Shown piece after piece: positions 24,522-38,803 of a stretch of 64,000 nt of DNA. Location: assembly GCF_009914755.1 (NCBI RefSeq), contig NC_060936.1, one strand, 5' to 3'. The notes beneath the pieces were generated by a model. It saw nothing but the letters and a program-made list of their open reading frames with translations, made no database searches and was not told the origin of the DNA. How positions within the stretch are numbered: position 1 is the first letter of the stretch; every line of letters starts with the position of its first letter. Origin of the DNA: the human T2T-CHM13v2.0 reference genome, Homo sapiens. The position numbers and the translations under genes are program-made.

Positions 24522-26499
24522 TCAGCCTTTCCACAAACAGATAAACAAACCAATGGGCCAAGACACCCAGTATTTATCACTTTTTTTTCTCTTAAAATGT
24601 GGAGTTGAGTCCTCAGCAGTGAAACATTGGTATACCATTTATAAACATTACAAAATCTTTCAAATGGTATTTTAAGGGCACCCTTATATTTTCTGCACCT
24701 CTTCTACACTTACAATGTTGTAAACAATGGGTGGGTAATGAAACAGTTTTCTGAGCCAGCTAGTGTTCTCCTCCAAGAAGGCATCATTGTTTCTGTGAAT
24801 GCTTCAACGTTTTATTTTCATTACAGAGAAAACAAAGCAGAGTAAAATAAAACAAAATGAAAACAAACACACATGCACTGTGCAGAACTATTTACCTGCC
24901 CTGCATTCATCCTACTTTTTCTCTCTAGAACACGCATTTCTGCAGATTTCTATCTGACTCAATGCCTCACATTGGGAAAAATTTCATTGCATATAAACAC
25001 AAGATAGCAAAAAACTACTTAGTGACTGCCTGCTTGCAGTAGGCAACTGTGACTTGCTGTTTTTGTTTTGTTTCTATTCTCTCTCTTACCACAATTAATC
25101 CCCCTTTTGAAATTAGCACTTGATTTTTTTTTTTTTTTTTTTTTTGTAGATTCACCTTCTCCCTTGTCACCCTCCATCCCTGCAGCTCCATGCGTCTCCT
25201 TCATATGGGGCTGACTTCAACCTCAGGATGCAGGGAAGTCACCTAACCCAGGCCTGACCAATCAGGGCGTCACACCTCTTAGAGAGTATTTAAAGGGCAG
25301 GCTTGATGGCCAATGAGATCTGTTCCTGGGGCTTTGCTGAGAATACTGAGGGAAGTTGTCCTTCCTTCCATCAGTTTTCTCTGCTGATAGATGAATAGCT
25401 TGGAGCTGCCGGTGTTTATCTTGTGTTATTTGGGAAGCATCTACCTGAAAATTACAGAATAAAATAGAACCAAATATGAAAATTGCATTACCTGAAGACA
25501 TTTTTGATAACCTGGTCCTCTCTTGTACCTTTCAGCTGCATAAGAAAATGCATTGCCTTATTTGTGTGTTCATGTATGTCTTTCTTTACAGGCTTCATCA
25601 CAGTGGAGCTAGGTCTTGGTCACTTTCATCTGAGACCTGACAAGTACGCTCATCACACACTCTGCACCTTACTGTGTTCACCCCATTCTATCCATTCTGC
25701 CTCTGTGTTTTGAAAACTTGCTTCTTATTCTCAAGATACCTTCCCCTTTTTTCAGACTGGTAGCATCACAGCTATTCAAATAAATGCTCCCTCTTCTACC
25801 ACTCTCCCTGGATGGGCCAATGGTCTGCCCTTTAGCTTTCACAGCTTTGGTGTACTGCACTAGACTATGAGTGACCTGGGGTGGAGACTGTGTCTGAGTC
25901 ATCTTTGCAGCACCCACCACAAAATGTTCGTGCTGAACAAGCAGAGGAGGCTCCACATCCTGTTCTTTACAGATTTTGATTACTGTCAGGTGCCTGGCTG
26001 GCTGAAAAAAAAAATTCTTCCATTTTCCTGGCTTTCTGAGTGTCTTTCTTTTCTGGATGTTCATTAGGACATGGGCTCAGCCACACCAAGCTCATGCAGT
26101 CCTGTTGCTTCAGGGGATGTTCAGCATCAAGGTAGCTGCAAAAAAAGGAAGGCAGATAGTTATGAATCTACCTTTTAGTCTCTTTCTGCCTTAACATACC
26201 ATAATTTTGAAGAGGTTTTGTATGCCCTTTACTTCAATGTGCTTGTGTCTGAGGGAAATATTGAGATACAGACATCCGGCAGAAAATGTTTCCTGGCATT
26301 GGAATCCTGCAAACATCCACCTCTTCTGTTTACCCCAATGCTGCTGTTAGTGAGGGGAACAGGGAGAGACCCTGAGACAGCCTGAGAGTCACCTACAGGA
26401 AGAGACAGGGCTTCTCCTGAAGAGGAAGTCACTGGGGTCTGGCAAGCAGGTCAGCTCACTTCATTACCACCTGGGGCCCAGGTCTCTTTCTATCCCTCA

Positions 26500-26662
26500 T
26501 GGAGTGGTTCCCAGCTCTAATAATGAAAACACTTAAGGAGCTTTCTAAAACAAAGATTCCTGAGTCCTATCCCAGATTTAGAGGTCTGAAGATCTAGCAG
26601 TAGTCACCTGGGGAGTTCATTTTTTTTTTTTACAAAGCTCTGCAAGTTTGACAACCACTACC
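26500..26662. mobile_element. MER5-like DNA transposon remnant
   Basis: agtggttcccag...ttctaaaacaaagattcctgagtcc...gcaagtttgacaaccact. Confidence 0.45.
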
Positions 26663-27129
26663 TTAAAACACACACTTCTACCATTTCAGTCAATTAAAGA
26701 TGCAATATTAAGATATTCTCTGCACCTCACAGAAAACCAGAGCACGAAGGCCTTTAATTTCCCAGGATTGGCCCATGTTACAGAAAGGAATCCTAACAGA
26801 TTTGAACATCTTCTGTTGTACCATACTAGGGTGCTTGGAAAATATGTTGTTTTCTGTCTCTCTCCAGGCATACACGTAAGAGAGCACTTCACAAAATTAT
26901 TGACTGAGAAGTGGTCATGTGTCTTGTTTTGGCCAATTAAATGTGAGCAGAAATCATGTGGGTCACTTCCAGGTGTAAGATATTAGAGGCCTGCATGCTT
27001 CATCTTACTCGTTTGTCTCTCTTTGCCATGACAGCCAACAATCTTCCGGAAAGGCAATGCCTAGTAAGTCTGGCTCAGAGGTCAGGACAAGCAATGTCAT
27101 TGTGGAGCAGCCTCCTGAGGTTAATGAGA

Positions 27130-27800
27130 AGCCTGAAAATCCTAAGTAATCTCCAAAAACCTTCTAGAATTAATGCGTGAATTTAGCAAGGTCTCAGAAT
27201 ACAAGGTTAACCCCCAAATCTACCAAATTTCTATATCTTACCAGTGTATAATTAGAAACTCAAATTAAAACACACACACACCCCACTGCTATGTAGAATA
27301 GCTCCCCTAAAGTGAAATACATTGATATAGATTTAACAAGACATGTAAAGGTTGGTATGTTGGAAATTACAAATGCTGATAACAGAATCAGTGACTACCT
27401 ACATAAAATGAGAACTAATTCATGTCAACATAGTAAAGATGTTACTTTTCCCCAAATGGATCTTTAAATTTAATGCAATACTACTTAAAATCCCACCAGG
27501 ATTTTTATAGTTATAGATATGCTAATTCTATAATATATATGGAAAACAAAATGAATTAGAAGACCAAAACAATGTCGAAAATCAAAAAAGTAGTTGGAAG
27601 AAGCCATACCCAATTTTAAGACTTACTATTAATTGATAGTAATCAAGACATTGGTGCACTAAGGAAGAGATGGCTACTCCCAGGACCCAGACTGTGATCT
27701 CTAAATGCTATTGACCAGTAAAGAGAACCAGAGCCCCAAAAGGAAATGGCTGATTCCAAATATTGGTCTGAAAAGGTACAAAATGAACCTGTATATCTTG
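27130..27800 (+). mobile_element. Old L1M ORF2 fragment
   Basis: ctagaattaatgcgtgaatttagcaaggtctcagaatacaagg...tttaatgcaatactacttaaaatccc...gtaatcaagaca. Confidence 0.7.
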
Positions 27801-28024
27801 TTATGATTGAAAGCAAGGACATTGTCAACTATTAATGCAATTTAGTCAAAAAAGATACAGGGATCTGACCATCCCTTTATACAGGCCATCCCTCTGGATA
27901 AAGAAGTGACCATCTGAGGATTAAAAAAAAAAGATACTGGCAATGCTTTGTAACACACAAAACATAGCCAACACGAGTAACGTTTTGAGCTTACTAGATT
28001 ACCATGTTACCATTTTGACTTTCA

Positions 28025-28351
<327 letters not shown>

Positions 28352-28633
28352 TTATATTGTTTTTAGCCACTACATTTGTTACAACTTATTAGGGTAACGT
28401 TAAGAAACTTTTCTATTTTCCGTAGAGGCCCCGGAGCTCCTTAGCTTTGGGATAAACTGGTGCTTACCCCAACTGTGGGGTCAGAGCGTGGAAGTGAGAG
28501 AAGGGAAAGACCATCATGGTCTGCTGTGGTCAGGGAAGGCTTCCTGGAGGAGGAGAAAGTGGAGGAAGCAGCTGAGCCTGGAGGGATGGGGTCACTACCT
28601 TTAAAGCATCTGTCAGCCATGGGGATCTGATGG

Positions 28634-29275
28634 TTTTTTTATTTTTTATTTTTTATTTTTATTATTATTATTATTTTTTTACAAACCCTTGTGTGGAGAT
28701 CTGACTTTCAATAGATCGCAGCGAGGGAGCTGCTCTGCTACGTACGAAACCCCGACCCAGAAGCAAGTCGTCTACGAATGGTTTAGCGCCAGGTTCCCCA
28801 CGAACGTGCGTTGCGTGACGGGCGAGAGGGCGGCCGCCTTTCCGGCCGCGCCCCGTTTCCCAGGACAAAGGGCACTCCGCACCGGACCCTGGTCCCAGCG
28901 CGGGGCGGGGCGGCCCGCCGGCGGGGACCGGCTATCCGAGGTATCCGAGGCCATCCGAGGCCAACCGAGCCGACCGAGGCCAACCGAGGCCATCCGAGGC
29001 CGACCGAGGCCGACCGAGGCCGACCGAGGCCGACCGAGGCCATCCGAGGCCGACCGAGGCCGACCGAGGCCGACCGAGGCCGACCGAGGCCATCCGAGGC
29101 CGACCGAGGCCGACCGAGGCCGACCGAGGCCGACCGAGGCCATCCGAGGCCGACCGAGGCCAACCGAGGCGCCGCGGGGCTGCCGTATCGTTCCGCCTGG
29201 GCGGGATTCTGACTTAAGAGGCGTTCAGTCATAATCCCACAGATGGTAGCTTCGCCCCATTGGCTCCTCAGCCAA
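28634..29275 (-). pseudogene. Retrotransposed 3' fragment of 28S rRNA (SINE28/LSU-rRNA-type) with poly(A) tail
   Basis: 28681-29275 is the reverse complement of the 28S 3' end (ttggctgaggagccaatggggcgaagctacc...cacaagggtttgt); T-rich tail 28634-28680; TSD core gggatctgat at 28622 and 29277; right flank tttttt/aa fits an L1 endonuclease site. Confidence 0.95.
28933..29170. repeat. 10-bp GC-rich minisatellite (C[GA/AT/AA]CCGAGGC) x24 inside the rRNA retrocopy
   Basis: Units counted by hand; (CAT unit + 4 CGA units) repeated three times at 28991-29140. Confidence 0.97.
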
Positions 29276-29503
29276 TGGGATCTGATTTTTTAAGCAGTCA
29301 CAACACTAGACTTTTAATTGAGAAAGCTCTGTAAGCAATTAAAAGCCGCTGTTGTTTTAAACTCTTCTTGTGTCACCTGCTGGCAATGAGGAAAATGATA
29401 CATCACCTCAACAAAATGCCTCAGTGAGTTGGTACACATTTTTTATTTGCATTTTTATTTGCACATATTCTAAGATACAACCATGTCAAAGCTTCCAATT
29501 ATC

Positions 29504-29986
<483 letters not shown>

Positions 29987-30750
29987 TAATTATGTTTGAC
30001 CTCACAAATTTACTTTCAAATATATGGTGAGGGTTAGACCCTTGCTACATAGCAGGAGGCACTCAGGAAAGCAGGTATGGTGCCTGCATTGACTGACGTT
30101 GAAACCTAAGGGAAGTGACAGGCAGCAAAGAGTTGCCCTATAATAAATGAGTGGTCTTGCAATAACTCTGTTGTGAGATAATGTCAGTGGAGGCCCCTGT
30201 TGAATTATGCAGCCCAATGTGGGATAGGGTGGAAGAAGGAAGGGGAGAGACATCCAGAGATGGGGTTTCGCATCATCTCTCAGAGGCTGGGAGAGACCCA
30301 GTCCAAGCCCACATGCTCAGCCATCTTAATTTATTGACAAATGGAAAAAAAAATGTACAATGTATTATACTTTAAATGCTTCCATTAAAAAGATTCTTAT
30401 TTCTGATAGGTGCATGCAAGTATAACTGTCTTTCAAAATATTAACAAATACATTTATCTGTGGCTGTGGGTCAGTTAGAAACCTGCATCTAATGTGTTTT
30501 CTTCCTACTTTCTCTCTGCCCCACTCCATAATCGGCTGTGGATCTTAAATGGCATGACTGAGCCTCAGATTGGGTGATTTAGACAGTAGAGATGCCAATT
30601 TTTAAAAATGAAATGAACCTTGAGTACAGAAGGATAGATTTCTTGTAAAACCAAAATGGTACTATCTTCTACCAAAGAATTAAGGCTGCAAAGATATATT
30701 GTTCCTCTGTACATCAGTCATGATTGACTTATAGATTAGGAAATAGAGCC

Positions 30751-31114
<364 letters not shown>

Positions 31115-32365
31115 TTATGCCATTACCCAACTTGGTGGGCAGTTTCAGGAATGCCCCTGGAACCTATTAACAGTGAATTATTTATCTTAACAGCTGCTAT
31201 GAAGCGCATTCCAGCAGTTGCTCCATGAAGGACATCTCACAGTTTTTGAACTTTGCTGAAGGCCCATGTAAGAAACAAAATTCATCATCAGATGAAAGAG
31301 ATTTCTTTCCTCGTTTTCAAATATAAAAACATAGTCACACACAGAGTTCTTCCACAGGGAAAGCCAAAATTCCAATCTTAGCTATGTTTGCAAGATAGCA
31401 CTCTCATTGCCACTGTGTTCCGTGCAATATTTAGTCTAATGTGGAAACAGAAGTGGTAGGTTCTGCCCACCACAATGGCAGACACTCCGAGTTTCAGTCA
31501 TATGTTAGGATTCATCGCTTTAAACAGAAGAAATCTCAGGCAATGTCCCTCCAGTACCAGTCTGCCTCCCTTTATTTCTAAAATGCTGTGTATGAACATG
31601 CATACTTTAATATTAACCAAGGAAAACTTTACTAGAAAGTCAAAATAATGAAAACTTCAAAAGAAACGACTTCAGATACTTTGGATTTCTTTTTTTTTTT
31701 TTTTGCCCCTTTCCACATCAAAATATATCCATTCAGTGTGTCACTTCCTCAATACCCCTCTCTGTCATTTCCAAGATAAAAGCTCCATAATGGAAAAACT
31801 GATTTGAAATAATATGTTCAATAATTGTTAGCAGATTGACCAAATTCAGATGTCAGTTTCCATTTTAATGGGAGCTTTTTGGGAACATAAGGGGGACTGT
31901 GTTGGTGGAAATTTTAGGAACAGTCACAAATATGGTAGTAAGAAATATGGTCTGGATAGTGCTATATTTCCTGACAACTTCAGTAAAAAGCAACCATCTG
32001 AAGTTCTTTGTTTTAATAGTTGTGTTCCATCTTTTTTTTGGTACCATCTCAGGAGATGGAAGTTGAAGTTGATATACCCCTTCAGATGTCAAGATCTTTT
32101 TAACCAAACAATGTTTTTCTAACACTTTCACGCCTTCCTCATCCTACATTCAGTTGGTGAGTAGTGGGAGCAGGAGAGAGGAAAGCACATGAGATGATAA
32201 TGCTTCTTCAATTTCCATGGGCGTTTCCTGCTCCGAGAACAAGGGCATATCTGCATGAGAAGGTCAGAGTAACTCAGCCTCCACCCACACCTGCACAAAC
32301 ACGTGCACACTATTCCACAGAGAGCCAAACATCAGTCAATGAGGATGTTTAAAGCGCTGAATCTC

Positions 32366-32630
<265 letters not shown>

Positions 32631-33516
32631 GCTGACACTAGTGAAATTCCTGTGGGCAGGCATGGATCTTAAGTTGTCTTCCATTGAATTCCATTTAGGA
32701 ATGTGGAGCTGTAGACACGTGAACACAGAGAGAAATCTCCAGATGAATAATACATGCACCTAAGCCCCTGCATAAATACACAAGAATGGCAGTTACTTAA
32801 ATTTCTGATATATTGAGGAAATAAAAAGTTAATACCAATTTGCATTACCAGAGCCTTGGCTATTGCTAGTTCTGGAAAAAAAAAAGATAAAAAGAGTGGA
32901 GTGATGAGATGATAAATTGCACTTTCAACCACTGCAAAGCATTGAATGCGGCTTGTCCTGGCTGCTCTACAGTTACATATTCACCTAGCAAATATGTATC
33001 CAGAATTTGCAAAGTACACTGTTAGCCCCATGCTTTAGATGAGTTGGATGCATTTGCATCAGATCAATAGGTTAATGAGGGAATCTCTGACTTTGCACCA
33101 TGGTGCCCGTAATGAATGTCTGCCTTGTTTCCTGCAGCCAAGCCCCATCCTCTGGTCCTCCAACCATCTTTGAGCAGGGGCTCCTTGCCTGCCCTTTCAG
33201 CTTCCCGAGGTCTAGGCTTCTTCTCAGACCCTCATTCTCTCCTCCCAGGTCTGAACCTCAGTCTGAACATCAAGGCTCTGATGCCACACAGGGACCATAT
33301 AGACACCCACTGGCTGGCACTGCCCCTCAACTCCTCCTGCGGGGACTCCCTTGGTTCCTGTCCTGTCCCCAGGGGTCTGGTCTCTGGGTCCTTTCTGCCC
33401 AAATGCAGCTCCCCCCACCACCAGCCAGGGCAAGCAGAAAAGAAGAGATTAGGCAACTCTATTTTGTTTTCCAATCTGTGGTGAGCAGTCAGTTGTTGCT
33501 ACTTCATTCTTAGCAT

Positions 33517-34025
33517 ATGTCTTAGTTGGAATTCTTCCCAAAGCAGACACTGATACAGGGACTTAGGTTGAGGTGAAAGTGGACCCAAGAAATCACAAGT
33601 GAGAGAATGGGGGAAGTGAGATGGGGGAAAGAGGAAGTCAACAGGTATGTGTCAAAGGGTGTCTGCTCCTATGTCGCTGGGGCCCACATTCCACTGGGAA
33701 CCTTCTAAGGAATGATGCATGATGTGCCTCAGAAAAGACGCTCTGTGGGACAGAGACACTGGGCTGTCTGTCCAGGACTCGTCCCTCCCTTTGGCTGAGA
33801 GTTGCTTTTGGCAGCATTTCCAAGCTATCTTGCACCAGGCTGAGCATCTTCTGCAAGGCTGGAGAAAGCTCCCAGGCAAAGATGTACAAGGATCCAGGAA
33901 GCTTCCAGAGTGCAAAGAAACTGCCCTCCATGGCTCTGGATGGAATCGAAACTCCACAGCTCTGGATGGATTTGAAAGTGGGCTCAGCAGCTGTGGGGCA
34001 GGGCACTACCGATAACTGTGACAGC
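33517..34025 (-). mobile_element. MLT1-type (ERVL-MaLR) LTR remnant
   Basis: tgtcttagttggaattcttcccaaagcagacactgatacaggga resembles an antisense MLT1 end. Confidence 0.5.
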
Positions 34026-34236
34026 ACAAGTTCCCGTCTCACACCTGCTGTTGCCTCTGCCAGAAATGTTCTTCCCTCACATCTGAAAGAGCCTCCCCTT
34101 TAACTGCAGGCATCTGCTCAAATGTCCCCTCCCAGTGGCATCTTCTCTAACCATCCTGTTGAAAATAATATGCCTTAAACCCCAGAAAAACATCCCATCA
34201 TTTCTACTCATCTTGTAAATGATACACATGTGATAG

Positions 34237-34237
<1 letters not shown>

Positions 34238-34277
<40 letters not shown>
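34238..34277. repeat. (GT)n microsatellite
   Basis: Direct read. Confidence 0.95.
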
Positions 34278-34278
<1 letters not shown>

Positions 34279-34545
34279 TCTCTCCCTCTCCAGCAATGTT
34301 AGTTCCGAGAGGGCAGGGACCAAACACACAAAGCCTCCTCTACTTGTAGGGTTTCTATTCTGAGGACTGGAGAAAGGGAGAACAGAAATAAAGGAGAAGA
34401 TAATCATGTGGCTTGTTATAAAGAGATGCGTACTGTGGAGCAAAGGAAAGAGTAGAATAAGGCGACTGAGAATGCATGCAGGCTGGGCAGGGCTGTGGCT
34501 TCAATTTTAAACCATGCTGTGAGGGTAAACCATGGGACATGTGAC

Positions 34546-34864
<319 letters not shown>

Positions 34865-35073
34865 TGACTTGTTGAGCTAGACCATGTGCCTGGCAGAGGG
34901 AATGGACACTGCCCAGGCCCTGAGTGGGGAGCAGGCCCAGTGTGTTCCCAGAAAGGCCAGGCCGGGAAGTCAGTGTGGGCAGAACACAGTCAGGAAGAGA
35001 GTAGGAGGAGAGATGCTCAAAAAGGCCTGGGAGGAGATCATGTGTAGCTTTGAAATATATTAAAAGAGATACG

Positions 35074-35160
35074 GAGCCGAGATCCCGCCACTGCACTCCA
35101 GCCTTGGCGACAGAGCGAGACTCCGTCTCAAAAAAAAAAAAAAAAGAGAGAGAGAGAGAG
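35074..35160 (+). mobile_element. Severely 5'-truncated AluY-type fragment with A/(GA)n tail
   Basis: gagccgagatcccgccactgcactccagccttggcgacagagcgagactccgtctcaaaa, CpGs intact. Confidence 0.9.
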
Positions 35161-35439
35161 AGGTACAGTCTCTTGGGATCTACCAGAGCTTGCTTCCAGG
35201 AACTCCAGCAGATACTGACATCTGGGGATGCTCACATCCACTCTCCAAATTTACAATCTTTGCATCCAGCAAATACCGTTTTTGAATTTGAGATGCAAAA
35301 CCTGTGGGTACGGAGGGCTCACTGTAAAATGACACTGAGCTTTACTCTGAGTGTAATGGGATGGCACTGCCTCATGTTCTCTCTAGGAGGGGCCCCCTGG
35401 CTGCTGCCACACCCTTGAGTGTGCATGGGGGGATGGGGG

Positions 35440-35953
35440 ATGATATGTTAACTACATTTGTCAACTTGACTGGGCTCAGGGGTGCCCAGATAGCTGGTAA
35501 ACATTATTTCTGGGTGTGTCTGGAGGATGTTTCTGGAAGACATTAGCATTTGAGTTGGTGGGCTGAGTTAAGAGGATTTACCCTCACCAATGTGGGTGAA
35601 CATCATCTAATTTTTTGAAAGCCTAAAAAAAACCAAAATAGCAGAGGAAGAGTGAGTTCTCTTCTCTCTCTTTTTGAGCTGGGATATCCATCTTCTCCTG
35701 CGCTGGGATGTCAGAGTTCCTGGTTTTTGGGCCTTCAGACTTCTGGACTCTGGAATACAACAGAGCTCTCCTGGTTCCCAGACTTTCAGACTCAGACTAA
35801 ATCAAAGCATCTGCTTTCTTCATTCTTCAGCTCACAGATCATGGGACTTCTCAGCCTCCATAATACTGTGAGCTAATCCCCATAATAAATCTCCTTTGAT
35901 GCATCTAGGCCTGTCCTATCTGTGCTGCTTCTCTGGAGTACCCTGACTCATCA
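35440..35953 (+). mobile_element. MLT2 (ERVL) LTR
   Basis: tgtcaacttgactgggctcaggggtgcccagatagctggtaaacattatttctgggtgtgtc...tctctggagtaccctgact. Confidence 0.8.
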
Positions 35954-35954
35954 A

Positions 35955-36200
35955 GGGGTCAAGGGTTGAAGCAGGGAGACCATCATGGGTGCACTGCAGA
36001 ATCCAGGGGAAAGGCCATGGTGGATGAGAACCGGGAGTAGCAGGGCGGCGGTGAGAAGTGGTCAGAATCTGTGTATATTTGGAGGAGGTGGCAAGAGGAT
36101 TTCCTGACAGATTGGATAGACAGATTGGATAGAAATGAATGGGGCAAAAGTGAGTTAGAGGCTTTGACCTGGAAGGACAGAGATGCCATCAACTGAGATG
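35955..36200 (-). mobile_element. L2 remnant
   Basis: ggtgagaagtggtcagaatctgtgtatatttggaggagg...ggatttcctgacagattgga. Confidence 0.55.
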
Positions 36201-36742
36201 AACTGGCTGCCAGGGACCCCAGATGTGACTGTGGTTAGAGTGGGGAGGGGCCAGTGCTTATAACTCTGTTTCTGCAGGGATCCCCAGTTCTACTCTGGCA
36301 CCCCAGTGGTCCACGGCTGAGGAACATCATAAGAAAACACCTTTGGCATGACCATTAGTGCGTAAGTGGCTGACATCTTCAGTAGGGTTCGTGCTGGGGC
36401 TCCTCCAAGCAATCTCTCCAGGAACAGACTTTGCAGGACCTGAGATGGTAGTATGGAGGTTGTTAAGGGTCGCAGATGTTCAGGTTTCATTCTGCAGCTG
36501 TGTGCCACCAAAACCAATGGGTTACCCAGCAGGCAGGTCACCAGGCAGCCTCTGCTCACCTTCCAAAGCCCAGTAACGTCATGTGATATCAAAGCAATAA
36601 GTTAATAATTGTATCTTAATTTGTATACTTTAAATAGGCTTTAAATCTTCCCTTACATATAATAAGATATTAAAATCATCAAAGATAGATTGCAAATTAG
36701 TCCACACATCTCTATGTCCACTGCCAGCTTCCTATTCCTCAC

Positions 36743-37123
36743 TGAATTAGTCCATTCTCATATTGCTATAAAGAACTACCTGAGACTGGGTAATTTATAA
36801 ATAAAAGGGGTTTAATTGACTCACAGTTCTGCAGGTTGTACAGAAAGCATGACTGCGGAGACCTCAGGAAACTTACAATCATGGTGGAAGGTGAAGGGGA
36901 AGCAGGCACATCTTACATGGTCAGAGAAGGAGGAAGAGAGTGAAGGGGGATGGGCTACATACTTTTAAACAACCAGATCTGAGAACTTACTCATTATCAT
37001 GAGAACAGCAAGAAGGAAATCCACCCTCATGACCCAATCACCTCCCACCAGGCCCCTCCTCCAACACTGGGGATTGCAACTTAACATAAGATTTGGGCAG
37101 GGACACAGATCCAAACCATATCA
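36743..37123 (-). mobile_element. MSTA/THE1D-like (MaLR) solo LTR
   Basis: tgaattagtccattctcatattgctataaagaactacctgagactggg...ggacacagatccaaaccatatca. Confidence 0.88.
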
Positions 37124-38197
37124 CATACTGTGATCTACCCTTTCCTGGATGTTTATCACAATTTCCTAGTATGTCTCTATGATGTTCTTTCTGCCCTAGG
37201 CCAGAAAGATCCTTTTAAATATTAAATTGTGTCATGACACTCTGTCTCTTCAGAGCTTTCAGTTCCATCTCATTACACTTAGAATTTAAATCTCTCTCTC
37301 TCTCTCTCGTCTCTCAAGAATGGTTGAAGAGGCTCTGCGTGGTATGACCCCAGCTCATGCACCTTCATCTCATGGTCCTTTCTCTTCCTCCCTGTGCGCC
37401 AGCCACCCTGGTGTCCATCACTGGCTATAAAGCAACTTTTATCTTTCAAAAAAGGGAATTTAGTTTTAGGGCACCTCCATCTAATAAAGCCTAAAAACCT
37501 AATTGAATACCTGGAGGTTAATGACTAATTAACTTTGTTGATCAACATTGGGTAAAAAGCAACATTTGAAGAGAAAGTTTGTTTTTGGCCATCTCAGAAA
37601 GACACATGTGGGTCACAGGTGGTACGGCAGTGGCAGCTGCCAGCTCACATGGCACTAGGAGCCACCAACCTGTGATGCCCCTGAGCCATTCATCACTCTT
37701 GGCAGCAGGACTTTGATATTGATTAAGCAGCGGGCACGGGGGAAGGAGAAAAGAAGCTCTTGCCACTTCGTCTCGGCGTTTGTCTTTTCTCCAAACGTCA
37801 GGGCAGGGGAGCATCTGCTGCCAAGACATGAATTATAAACAGATGAAGAAACTCACTTTATGGGCCAATTCTCATCTTTTTCCTCTCCACCTATTCCCCC
37901 TATGCTATAAAACCCAATATATCCTCTGCTTAGTAAACTCTTAATCATGTAAAGGATCATAGACAGGGCCCCCTGTGACTCACACCATGGCCAGGAACAA
38001 TTTCCAACACTTGTCACCTCCCATCTGCTGGGTTTATTAACGTGAGAAGCACCAAATAATGTTCAGCAACAGCCTCATCCTTTTCTCTTTTGTCCTCTGC
38101 CAAGGCATGAATCTAAAGAAACTCTTTAGGTACTTGGTTTTGCATTAGTTATTCATTGATTTTGTCAATTGATAAATATCTAACAAGCATTGATTAG

Positions 38198-38610
<413 letters not shown>

Positions 38611-38803
38611 TAATATTTTAATCTGAACAATTTAGAATAGAATATAGAGAAAACATAAAGAGGAAGAGATATGAATTTAAGTGGGTATATTTCATTGGAC
38701 GAGTAAAAACTCATTGCTTCAGGTCAGTGGACATCGTACCTATCATCACAGATTTCTTGGTCAAAGTGGCACCCACCCCAAGACTTACGTAAGTGTTTCT
38801 ATT

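Noticed and set aside
28933-29170. CRISPR-like array
   Set aside because: Head-to-tail repeats without unique spacers, in a primate genome.
28689-29234. Several long overlapping ORFs on both strands (RGRPRPTEAD / ASVGLGRPRS repeats)
   Set aside because: A stop-free GC-rich 10-bp repeat in rRNA-derived sequence produces these automatically; there is no coding evidence.
28681-29275. Functional rRNA gene or R2-element insertion site
   Set aside because: Only the 3' few hundred bases are present, with poly(A) and TSD; no rDNA spacer or R2 sequence is visible.
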